From assembly GCA_020850615.1 (NCBI GenBank), contig JADZEI010000066.1, forward strand, positions 1,943 to 65,942: 64,000 bases of DNA. Direction: 5' to 3'. This DNA is from Dehalococcoidia bacterium (lineage in GTDB: Bacteria; Chloroflexota; Dehalococcoidia; Tepidiformales; Tepidiformaceae). The notes under the pieces were generated by a model. That model did no database searches and was not told where the DNA came from. It worked only from the letters and a program-made list of their open reading frames with translations. Within the stretch, counting starts at the first letter, position 1. The number at the start of each line of letters is the position of its first letter. The position numbers and the translations under genes are program-made. Shown here piece after piece: positions 1 to 8,357 of the stretch.

Positions 1-720
1 GCTGGCCGGCCGCGCCCGCATCCCCGCGACACGCCCCGCCATCCCGGGCGAAGGCGTCCCCGCGGCCGAGCAGCGCGTCCAGCTATAGGGCGATCGGAGC
101 CGCGACCGTACGGAAGCGGAGGGCCGCACCCCGGTCCCACCGCCCCGCGCCAGCCCGCACGCCCGCCAAACCAGGTGTAGCCGGCGCCCCTTGTGGGCGC
201 GAGCGTCTAAGCCCAACGGCTGCCCCACCGCCAGGCACTGCCCCACCCCGGCACCTCCGCCACCGCGCCAGCGCGCGACACCGCCCGCCCCGGGACGCGC
301 GGCCCCACACGCACGCGGCCGGCCGGTCGCGGAGCTCCCGCCCTCGGTCGAGGCTGCCGCGGGGCATGATCCCTGGGGCCGCAGAGCCGATGCTCTGCGG
401 CTACGCCTGCGGCGCCACAGCCGGTCGCCCGCCGCGCGAGACGCCCGCCGCGCGATCAGTAGCGCGCGCGTGAGCAAGCGCTCGGTCGCACCCCGGCACC
501 TCCGCCTCGCGACCGCCCGCGACCGCCCGACCGTCCGCCCGGCGGCGCGACCGCCCACCCGGGGGCGCGGCCCCACACGCACGCGGCCGGCCGGTCGCGG
601 AGCTCCCGCCCTCGGTCACGGGCTGCCGCGGGGCATGCGTTGGGCTGGCGCCAGCGCCCACGAGGGGCGCGGCTACGCCTGCGGCGCCGTCCCACCCCCG
701 ACCGCCGTCAGGGAACTCCC
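1..720. repeat. intergenic REP cluster
   Basis: A2 REP forward 177-223. B REP reverse 364-416 (stem variant CCGCAGAGC/GCTCTGCGG). A1 REP reverse 633-676. Two copies of the A1 3' extension (…GGCCGGTCGCGGAGCTCCCGCCCTCGGTC…CTGCCGCGGGGCAT) at ~300-363 and ~575-632. Confidence 0.85.
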
Positions 721-879
721 TATGCCAATTTCGTCACAAAGGATACGGGTAAAGAAAGACCGGCCCGATTTACACTCCAGTTACGGTCCTGTAATCCAGT
801 TCTGCTTTTGGGACACGAAACCGCCATCAACCTGATACGTGCGCACAACGCGCGCCGGGGTGTATCAGTGGTGTTTGCA

Positions 880-1785
880 ATGTCCCGCAGGGTTGCGGGA
901 GGGGCGGCGCTTGCCGTCGTGATCATGAGCGCGCTCCTGGCCGGGTGGTCCCAGGCCAGGGCGGATGAGGAAGCCAGCGTCGAAGTCGAAACCGCCAGCA
1001 CGGCAGGCCTGCCGGGCTTCGACATCAGCTGGCCGCAGTGTGGCGGCTACTACCCGGAGGCCCCTGTCCCCTTCGGCATCATCGGGCTCAATGGCGGCCG
1101 CCCGTTCACGGCCAACCCGTGCTTCGTCGAGCAGTACCAGTGGGCCGGGCAGTTCGAAACCAACCCTGCCATCTACATCAACGTGGCCTATCCGCGGCTT
1201 TCGCAGACCGAGGGCGCGACCGGCCCCTACGGCACCTGCGTCGAAGGCGACGAGTGGTGCCGCGCCTACAACTTCGGCTACGCCATCGGCCGCGACACCA
1301 TGGAACGGGTCGCCGCGCTCGGCATCCGGCCGTCGCGCTACTGGCTCGATGTCGAGACCGAGAACTACTGGCTCGATTCGGACCACGCCCACTACAACGC
1401 GCAGGTGATCCGCGGGACGGTCGAGTACTTCCGCGAGCGGGCCATCCCGATCGGCATCTACAGCACGCCCTACCAGTGGGGTGTGATCGCGGGCAACGCC
1501 GCCCACGGCGTCCCGGTCTGGACGGCCGGCGCCGACGACCTGGAGGACGCGAAGACGCGCTGCGGCAACCCGCGCTACGCCTTCGCCGGCGGCCAGGTGG
1601 TCCTCGTGCAGTACATCGCCAACAACTTCGACAACAACTGGGTCTGCACGGCCGGGCACGAAGTGCCGGAGCCGGTGAAGCCCGCGTCGCCGTCGGTCCG
1701 CGAGGACCTCGCCGGCCGGGCGCTGGCCGCCTCCGCCGGGCGCCTCGGGCTCTGGCAGGTGTTCCCGATCATCGCCGGCAGGTAG
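880..1785 (+). CDS. secreted glycoside-hydrolase-like protein (DUF1906 / lysozyme-type TIM-barrel fold, tentative)
   Basis: In-frame ATG at 880 inside ORF 640..1785. Hydrophobic signal AALAVVIMSALLAGWSQARA, then GFDISWPQC, YWLDVE and IYSTPYQWG segments reminiscent of DUF1906/GH25-like hydrolases. ORF part 640-879 is repeat/leader derived. Confidence 0.6.
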   Translation: MSRRVAGGAALAVVIMSALLAGWSQARADEEASVEVETASTAGLPGFDISWPQCGGYYPEAPVPFGIIGLNGGRPFTANPCFVEQYQWAGQFETNPAIYINVAYPRLSQTEGATGPYGTCVEGDEWCRAYNFGYAIGRDTMERVAALGIRPSRYWLDVETENYWLDSDHAHYNAQVIRGTVEYFRERAIPIGIYSTPYQWGVIAGNAAHGVPVWTAGADDLEDAKTRCGNPRYAFAGGQVVLVQYIANNFDNNWVCTAGHEVPEPVKPASPSVREDLAGRALAASAGRLGLWQVFPIIAGR

Positions 1786-1795
1786 GCCGGCCGGG

Positions 1796-2608
1796 CTACC
1801 GCGCGGCGCGCTGGGTGAGCAGGCGGAAGCTCACCAGCAGCGCCAGCGCGACGCCGAGCAGCACAAGCGAAAGCGCGATGGCGCCCGCGAGCCCGAACGC
1901 CGTCCCTTCGAGGGCGCTGATGATGGCGAGCGGCATGGTCTGGGTGCGGCCCTCGATGTTGCCGGCGAAGATGAGCGTGGCGCCCAGCTCGCCCAGGGCC
2001 CGCGACCAGCAGAGGACCAGCCCCGCGGCGAGCGACGGCCACGCGAGCGGCACCGTGATCCGGAAGAACGTCCGCACGCGCGAGGCGCCGAGCGTGTAGG
2101 CGACGCGCTCGAGCTGCGGGTCGACCGCGTCGAAGGCGCTACGGGCGGCGCGGACGTAGAACGGCGCCGCGACGATGAGCTGGGCCATGATCACAGCCGT
2201 CGTCGTGAACCCGAAGGTGTACCCGGTCCACGATTCGATCGGCTCGCCGAGCAAACCGCGCCGCCCGAACGCGGTCAGCAGGGCCACGCCGGCGACCGTC
2301 GGCGGGAGCACGATCGGCAGGTCGATCAGCGCATCGACGACGGTGTGGCCGGGGAAGCGGGTGCGGGCGAGCAGGTACGCGGCCGGCGTCCCGAGCACCA
2401 CCGCGAGGACCGACGTCACCGTCGCCGTCCAGATGGAGAGCCAGAGCGCCCGGCCGGTCTGGCCGGTGCTGAGCAGCTCCCAGGTGCGCCGCTCTTCGAA
2501 CGCGCGTAGCAACAGCCCGGCGAGCGGCAGCAGGAAGAAGCACGCGAACGCCACGGTGAGGACGATCATCGCGCCAATCGCCGCCCGGTCGGCCTGGGCA
2601 CCGCGCAC
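1796..2608 (-). CDS. modB: molybdate ABC transporter permease ModB
   Basis: 270-aa multi-TM ORF of the CysTW/ModB permease type (…LERVAYTLGASRVRTFFRITVPLAWPSL… EAA-loop region). Starts 9 nt after the modA stop. Confidence 0.85.
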   Translation of the reverse strand: MRGAQADRAAIGAMIVLTVAFACFFLLPLAGLLLRAFEERRTWELLSTGQTGRALWLSIWTATVTSVLAVVLGTPAAYLLARTRFPGHTVVDALIDLPIVLPPTVAGVALLTAFGRRGLLGEPIESWTGYTFGFTTTAVIMAQLIVAAPFYVRAARSAFDAVDPQLERVAYTLGASRVRTFFRITVPLAWPSLAAGLVLCWSRALGELGATLIFAGNIEGRTQTMPLAIISALEGTAFGLAGAIALSLVLLGVALALLVSFRLLTQRAAR

Positions 2609-2616
2609 GCAGCCTC

Positions 2617-3435
2617 CTACGGTTTGCCGAACCCGTACTTCGCCAGGATCGCCTGGCCTTCGGGCGACAGGATAAACGCGACGAACGCCTTGCCGCCCGC
2701 GGCGTTCTTCCCGTGCCGCGGCTGCGCGATGGGGTAGGTCGCAACCACGTTGTAGGCGGCGTCGATCGTCACGACCGAGACCTCTCTCGCGGCGATGGCG
2801 GCGTCGGTGCTGTAGACCACGCCCGCATCCGCTTCGCCGAGCTGCACCTTTGCGAGCACGCCGCGCACGTTCGCCTCGTTGCTCTGGAGGTTGGCGAGTG
2901 CCTTGTCGCTGAAGTCGGCCGAGATGGCGCCCGGGTTCGCCGAGGCCTTCGCGAAGATCTCCCGCGCGTACTTACCGATCGGCACCTCCGGGCCCGCGAG
3001 CACGAGCTTCACGCCCGGCTTCGCGAGGTCCGCGAGCGCCACGACCTTCGAGGAGCCCTTCGGCACGACGACGAGCGGGTAGTTGGTCGCGAAGCTCACG
3101 GGTTCGCCGCTGAGGTTGCCCGCGCCGGCCACGACCTGCATCTGTGCCATGTCGGCCGAGGCGAAGACGTCCGCCGGGGCGCGCTCGTTGATCTGCGTCG
3201 CGAGGATCGACGAGGCGGCGAAGTTGAACGTCACCGTCGCGCCCGGGTGCTTCGCCTCGAAGGCTTTGCCCGCTTCCTTGAACGCCTCGGTCAGCGACGA
3301 CGCCGCAAAGACGAAGACCTCGCCCGTGACGTCGTCCTCCGCCGCATCACCGCCGCCGCCACACGCACCGGCGAGCACAGCGAACGCCACCCAGACGAGG
3401 CCGACGCCCCACAACGCCACAGACCGGCCACGCAC
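2617..3435 (-). CDS. modA: molybdate ABC transporter substrate-binding protein ModA (probable lipoprotein)
   Basis: 272-aa ORF. Signal peptide ending LAGAC. FAASSLTEAFKEAGKAFEAKHPGATVTFNFAASS and VFASAD motifs typical of ModA. Confidence 0.85.
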   Translation of the reverse strand: MRGRSVALWGVGLVWVAFAVLAGACGGGGDAAEDDVTGEVFVFAASSLTEAFKEAGKAFEAKHPGATVTFNFAASSILATQINERAPADVFASADMAQMQVVAGAGNLSGEPVSFATNYPLVVVPKGSSKVVALADLAKPGVKLVLAGPEVPIGKYAREIFAKASANPGAISADFSDKALANLQSNEANVRGVLAKVQLGEADAGVVYSTDAAIAAREVSVVTIDAAYNVVATYPIAQPRHGKNAAGGKAFVAFILSPEGQAILAKYGFGKP

Positions 3436-3835
3436 CCGCCGAGCATACGCCGCGCCCCCGGTTCATCCCATGACCGGTGTCACCTGCGTGTGGGGCGGGC
3501 TGCCCGGGCCCCTGCGCGGCGCAGCCGGTGTAGCCGGCGCCCCTTGTGGGCGCGAGCGTCTAAGCCCAACGCATGCCACACCACCAGGCCCCTCCCCCAG
3601 CCCGGCGACACGGCGGCCGCGCCAGCGCGAGCATCAGTGGCGCGACCGGCCGAGGGAGCGCTCGCCGCACCCCGGCACTACCGCCCCGCGCCAGCGCGCG
3701 AGACCCTCGCCCACGCGTCCGGCCGGTCGCTGCGCTCCCGCCCTCGGTCGAGGGCTGCCGCGGTGCATCCGTTGGGCTAACGCCAGCGCCCACGAGGGGC
3801 GCGGCTACGCCTCTACGCCTCACTCCACCCGCGCG
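3436..3835. repeat. intergenic REP cluster
   Basis: A2 forward 3530-3576, whose long form runs to ~3700 and includes CATCAGTGGCGCGACCGGCCGAGGGAGCGCTC. A1 reverse 3767-3810 with extension. Octamer module 3807-3835 abuts the Sua5 stop. Confidence 0.85.
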
Positions 3836-4920
3836 GCCGCACGCCGGAGCCGGTCGTCGATGGCGCGGGCGTAGCCGGTCATCGTCTCCGGGGCGATGGC
3901 GAAGACCGACTCGGCGCCGCGCTGGTCCAGCTCCCGGAGGGCCGCGAAGAGCCGGCGCGCCGCCGTCGTGTGGTCCCCGCGCGGCCCGAGCGACGCGGTG
4001 AGCGCGGGTGCGAGGTCCGCGAGCGCCTCCAGGTCCTCGTCGCTCAGCAGCAGCGCCGCGCGGCGGCCGGCCGCCAACTCCTCCGCGACCAGCGCCCGCA
4101 CCCGCGCGAGCGCAGCCTCCCGGGGGCCCGTCACGTAGGTCAGCCGCGCGCGCGGGGCGTAGTGCTTCGCCATCATCCCCGGCGAGACCTTCTCCCGCGC
4201 GCCGGTGCGGATCGTGGCCGCCGGGTCCGCGCGTTGTACCACCTCCGCGATGGCCTCGGTGGGGACCGCGCCCGGCCGCAACACAGAGACGCCGTCGGCG
4301 TAGACCGCCACCACAGTCGACTCGATCCCCGCCTCGGCCGGGCCACCGTCCAGGACCATGTCGATCCGCCCGCCGAGGTCTTCGAGCACGTGCGCCGCCG
4401 TGGTCGCGCTGGTGCGGGTGAACCGGTTCGCGCTGGGCGCCGCCACCGGCACGCCCGCCGTCGCGATGAGCGCGTGCGCCACCGGGTGCCGCGGCACGCG
4501 CACCGCGACCGAATCGAGCCCCGCCGTGACCGCGGCCGGCACCTCCGCCCGCTTCGGCAGCACGAGCGTGAGCGGCCCCGGCCAGAACGCCGCGGCCAGG
4601 GCCACGGCCAGCGGCGGCACCTCCCGCGCGACCGTGGCGAGCTGCCCGGCGTCGGCGAGGTGGACGATCAGCGGGTCGTCGGCCGCGCGCTCCTTCGCGG
4701 CGAAGATGCGCCCGACCGCGTCCGCATCGAGCGCGTTCGCCCCCAGGCCATAGACCGTCTCCGTCGGGAACGCGACGAGCCCGCCGCGGCGGACGACGGC
4801 CGCCGCGCGCGCGATGACCCCCGGGTCGGGCGCCGCGCTATCGATGGCAAGGACTTCCGTTTCGATGGTGTGATTAAGGCGTAAAGGCGTGGAGGCGTAA
4901 AGGCGTGGAGTGGCGTCCAC
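3820..4920 (-). CDS. tsaC: L-threonylcarbamoyladenylate synthase (Sua5/YwlC long form: YrdC + Sua5 domains)
   Basis: 366-aa ORF with VVRRGGLVAFPTETVYGLGANA…DPLIVH (YrdC signature) and a C-terminal Sua5 domain. The first ~15 codons (MDATPRLYASTPLRL) are encoded by an octamer repeat array, and no alternative in-frame start was seen. Confidence 0.85.
   Translation of the reverse strand: MDATPRLYASTPLRLNHTIETEVLAIDSAAPDPGVIARAAAVVRRGGLVAFPTETVYGLGANALDADAVGRIFAAKERAADDPLIVHLADAGQLATVAREVPPLAVALAAAFWPGPLTLVLPKRAEVPAAVTAGLDSVAVRVPRHPVAHALIATAGVPVAAPSANRFTRTSATTAAHVLEDLGGRIDMVLDGGPAEAGIESTVVAVYADGVSVLRPGAVPTEAIAEVVQRADPAATIRTGAREKVSPGMMAKHYAPRARLTYVTGPREAALARVRALVAEELAAGRRAALLLSDEDLEALADLAPALTASLGPRGDHTTAARRLFAALRELDQRGAESVFAIAPETMTGYARAIDDRLRRAAARVE
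4876..4920. repeat. GCGTRRAG octamer array
   Basis: AAGGCGTAAAGGCGTGGAGGCGTAAAGGCGTGGAGTGGCGTCC. Encodes the first codons of the Sua5 ORF on the minus strand. Confidence 0.85.
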
Positions 4921-5068
4921 CGCGAGCTTCGGCGCTCGTTACCAATGTGCGAGCCGGGCGCGCAGGGTGCTTCGGCGTCCGCAATCGCGCATCGGTGATC
5001 ATGGAATGGACGTGCGATATCCGCCCCGGCGGAACGGGGCGAGAACCGTACCGTCGAGGAGGAACGCG

Positions 5069-5374
5069 ATGCCCCGGGACCCCGGTTCCACCTACGAAAC
5101 CAGCGCAAGCACCGGCGACCTGCACGGTGCCATTGGCGTGCCCATCTACACCGCCGACGGCCGGTTCCTCGGCACGATCAAGGAGGTCCGGGACGCGTAC
5201 TTCAAGGTCGATGTCGCGTATGCCCCGGACTATTGGCTCAGCCAGGACGAGGTCGCGCTCCATGCGGGTAGCCAGGTCGTCCTGTACTCCAACCACGATG
5301 ACATCGACGCGCGAAAGCACGACGAGCCCGGTCCCGGGACCACCGGCGACGACTCCCCCGCGCACCAGGCGTAG
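5069..5374 (+). CDS. DUF2171/PRC-barrel-like small protein
   Basis: ATG 5069 preceded by GAGGAGG (5056-5062). Core IYTADGRFLGTIKEVRDAYFKVDVAYAPDYWLSQDEV. Paralog of CDS 42073..42444. Confidence 0.65.
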   Translation: MPRDPGSTYETSASTGDLHGAIGVPIYTADGRFLGTIKEVRDAYFKVDVAYAPDYWLSQDEVALHAGSQVVLYSNHDDIDARKHDEPGPGTTGDDSPAHQA

Positions 5375-5477
5375 CGGCCGGTTCACGCCACCCCACGCCT
5401 CTGCGCCTGTGAGACGAGCGTCATATAGCGATGGGGCGCCGCCGCCTACACTCACGCCCTCCCCCGCTGGAGGCGCA

Positions 5478-6410
5478 ATGGCGATCCTGCTCGTAGACGA
5501 GCTCACCAAGCGATACCGCAACGGCACCCTCGCGAACGACAACCTCTCCCTCGCGGTCGAACCGGGGGAGGTCTATGCCCTGCTCGGCCCGAACGGCGCC
5601 GGCAAGACCACGCTCGTCCGCCAGGTCCTCGGGCTGCTCAAGCCCACGAGCGGCCGCATCCACGTCGACGGCGTCGATGTCGTGGCCGACCCGAAGTACG
5701 CGCGGCGGGCGATCGGCTTCCTCCCCCAGGCACAGTTCGCGATGGAAGCGATCCAGGTCGGCGAGCTGGTCTACGGCATCGCCCGGCTGCGCGGGCTCGA
5801 TGCCGGCGAGGCCCGCCGCCGCACCGACGAGCTCCTCGACGAGCTCGACCTCGGGCCGTTCCGCGGCACGCAGCTCCGCTCCGCCTCCGGCGGCATCCGG
5901 CGGCTCGCGGCCTTCGCTACCGCCGTCGTGGGCCACGCCCGCTTCCTTGTGCTCGACGAGCCGACGAACGACGTCGACCCCGTGCGGCGGCAGCTGCTCT
6001 GGAGCCGGCTCGCCGCCTTTCGCCGCGAAGGCACCACCGTCCTCCTCGTGACCCACAACCTCGCCGAGGCCGAGCGCGTGATCGACCGGTTCGCCATCAT
6101 CGACCATGGCCGCATCCTCCGCGAAGGTACTCCCGCGGCCCTCCGCTCGCTCGTGACGGACCGGCTCCGGCTCGAAGTCACGACCACGGAGGCGTTCGGC
6201 GGCGCCCACCCCGCGCTCCAGCCCGACCCCGCGACGCCCGGCGCCTACCTGTTCGACCACAGCGACCTTGCGGCGGTGAGCGCCTGGGTGCAGGCCGCCC
6301 ACGAATCCGGCGAGCTGGTCGACTTCCGCATCGGCCCGCCGACGCTCGACGACATCTACACGGTGACGGTGGGGGACCCGCGCCGGGAAGCGGTGGGGGC
6401 CGCGAAATGA
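5478..6410 (+). CDS. ABC transporter ATP-binding protein (ABC-2/DrrA-like exporter)
   Basis: In-frame ATG 5478 within ORF 4905..6410. Walker A GPNGAGKTT, signature SASGGIRR, Walker B FLVLDEPT. Stop overlaps the permease start (ATGA). Confidence 0.9.
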   Translation: MAILLVDELTKRYRNGTLANDNLSLAVEPGEVYALLGPNGAGKTTLVRQVLGLLKPTSGRIHVDGVDVVADPKYARRAIGFLPQAQFAMEAIQVGELVYGIARLRGLDAGEARRRTDELLDELDLGPFRGTQLRSASGGIRRLAAFATAVVGHARFLVLDEPTNDVDPVRRQLLWSRLAAFRREGTTVLLVTHNLAEAERVIDRFAIIDHGRILREGTPAALRSLVTDRLRLEVTTTEAFGGAHPALQPDPATPGAYLFDHSDLAAVSAWVQAAHESGELVDFRIGPPTLDDIYTVTVGDPRREAVGAAK

Positions 6411-7144
6411 GCTTCTTCGCGCAGTACGGCATCCTCACCCGCATGCGTTTCCAGATGATGCGCAACGAGATGATGATCTTCGGAATCATCCAGGTCGCGC
6501 TCTCCGTGGGCCTCGTCCTCGGCCTCGGCTACATCGTCCCCGACGTCTCCGACACGACCGCGCTCTTCCTGACGACCGGCACGGCGACGCAGGCGATCGT
6601 GACGATCGGCCTCGTCGCGACCCCGCAGATCCTGGCGATGGAGAAGCAGGAGGGGCGGCTGGAGTACATGCTCACGCTCCCGATCAGCCGCGAGGCGTAC
6701 ATCCTCGCGCAGATCACCTACGTCGCGGCGATGGCGCTGCCGGGCGTGGTCATCGCCGTCGCGCTGGGGGCGTGGCACTACGGTTTCGGGCTCGACGTCT
6801 CGCCGCTGGTGCTGCTGGTCATCCCGCTCGCCATCCTCTCGCTCGCGGGCGTGGGCATCGCGATGGCGACGCTTTCGCCGCACCAGCAGCTCACGAACGC
6901 GCTGACGCAGCTCATCATCTTCTACGTACTCTTCTTCGCGCCGGTGATTGCCCCGAAGGAGCAGCTCCCGGAGGTGCTGCAGCGCGTCTCCGTGGTCATG
7001 CCGCCGACCTACGCCGCCGACGCCATCCGCGCGAGCCTGACCGGCCTGCCGGGCACGCACCTCGCCCGCTCCCTCATCGTCATGGCCGGCTTCGCCGCCG
7101 CCTCCACCGCCCTCGCCTCCCTCAGCCTCCGCCGGCGGGGGTAG
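6407..7144 (+). CDS. ABC-2 type transporter permease
   Basis: 245-aa ORF with six hydrophobic segments, translationally coupled to the ATPase. Confidence 0.8.
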   Translation: MSFFAQYGILTRMRFQMMRNEMMIFGIIQVALSVGLVLGLGYIVPDVSDTTALFLTTGTATQAIVTIGLVATPQILAMEKQEGRLEYMLTLPISREAYILAQITYVAAMALPGVVIAVALGAWHYGFGLDVSPLVLLVIPLAILSLAGVGIAMATLSPHQQLTNALTQLIIFYVLFFAPVIAPKEQLPEVLQRVSVVMPPTYAADAIRASLTGLPGTHLARSLIVMAGFAAASTALASLSLRRRG

Positions 7145-8357
7145 GGGCGTAGAGGCGTGAAGGAGGGGCGTAAAGGCGTAAAGGCGTAGAGTGGGCGTCC
7201 GCCGCGAATCCGAGCCGCGCGCGTGAGCGAGCGGAGGCGGACCCCCAGCACCGGCGCCCCGCGGTAGCCCGCGACCCCTTCTCCCCGCGGCCCGTACACC
7301 CAACGCGACGCGCCCACCGCGGAGCGCGCGACACGGCACCGACCGGGTGTAGCCGGCGCCCCTTGTGGGCGCGAGCGTCTAAGCCAACCGATGTGGCATC
7401 GGAGGCCGCCCCGCCCCGGCGACCCTGTCCCGGTATCGCCACGCCACCCCTCCGCGGCCGGGCTGTCGCTACGCTCCCGCCCTCGCTCTGGGCTACCGCG
7501 GTGTATCCGTTGGGCTGACGCCAGCGCCCACGAGGGGCGCGGCTACGGCTTCGCCCCGCGGCGCCGCCGGGGCCGAGGAATCGTCGCCAGGCTTCATCGA
7601 TCCACGCATCGCGGGTAGCTGCGAGATCCTGTACGGCTCGCGATACCGCGGGTCATCCTCGGGAAGCGGGCCCCTGTTGATAACGCGACCCATCGTCTGC
7701 CTCGTTCCAGTCTTCGAGCCGAAGGTCTGCGTCGGCCCGGATACTGTCCACTATATCGTCCCCGGTAACGCCCTCGGACGCCGTTCAACCACCGCTGCAA
7801 GTTCGCCCTCACGCCCGTCCCTCCGTCGCCCGGGGTAGGGGCGAATCCGAGCCGCGTGCGTGAGCGAGCGGAGGCGCACCCCCCAGCACCGGCGCCCCGC
7901 GGTAGCCCGCGACCCCTTCTCCCCCCGGCCCGTACACCCCCGCGACGCGCCCACCGCGGAGCGCGCGACACGGCACCGACCGGGTATAGCCCGCGACCCC
8001 TTCTCCCCCCGGCCCGTACACCCCCGCGACGCGCCCACCGCGGAGCGCGCGACACGGCACCGACCGGGTGTAGCCGGCGCCCCTTGTGGGCGCGAGCGTC
8101 TAAGCCAACGGATGTGGCATCGAAGATCGCCCCACCCCGGCGACCCTGCACCGCGAAAGCGCCCGGGGGCCACACCCAGCCATGCGGCCGGCCCGTCGCT
8201 ACGCTCCCGCCCTCGCGTTGGGCTACCGCTGTGCATGACACGGACAATCCCGCGGAGCAATGCTCCGCGGCTACGCCTGCGGCGCCGCGACGCCCGCCCC
8301 TTCGCGCCTTTACTTTGGAGTAGGGTGCTTCGCCCGGCCGCGCGCTACATTCGGCCT
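7144..8357. repeat. 1.2-kb non-coding repeat mosaic
   Basis: Octamer array 7144-7200. Composite unit 7205-7393 repeated at 7843-8114. A2 forward 7349-7393 and 8070-8114. A1 reverse 7503-7546. 84-bp tandem units 7903-7986 / 7987-8070. B reverse 8233-8286. A less GC-rich unique segment lies at 7560-7800. Confidence 0.85.

Noticed and set aside
720-879. Possible riboswitch (e.g. ydaO/c-di-AMP) in the AT-richer leader of the cell-wall-hydrolase-like gene
   Set aside because: I could not find the conserved ydaO, c-di-GMP or other riboswitch core sequences or pseudoknot pairings by eye. More likely it is an ordinary promoter or leader.
4874-5542. 222-aa and 146-aa minus-strand ORFs spanning 4668-5542
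   Set aside because: They start or run through the octamer array (…RLHAFTP/…LYALITP translations). They are also antisense to the DUF2171 gene and to the start of the ABC ATPase.
7493-7693. 66-aa ORF MGRVINRGPLPEDDPRY…
   Set aside because: The C-terminal half is a translated A1 REP element. There is no SD, and the adjacent frames contain fragments suggesting a decayed gene rather than a live one. It is kept only as part of the finding on the 7.1-8.4 kb gap.
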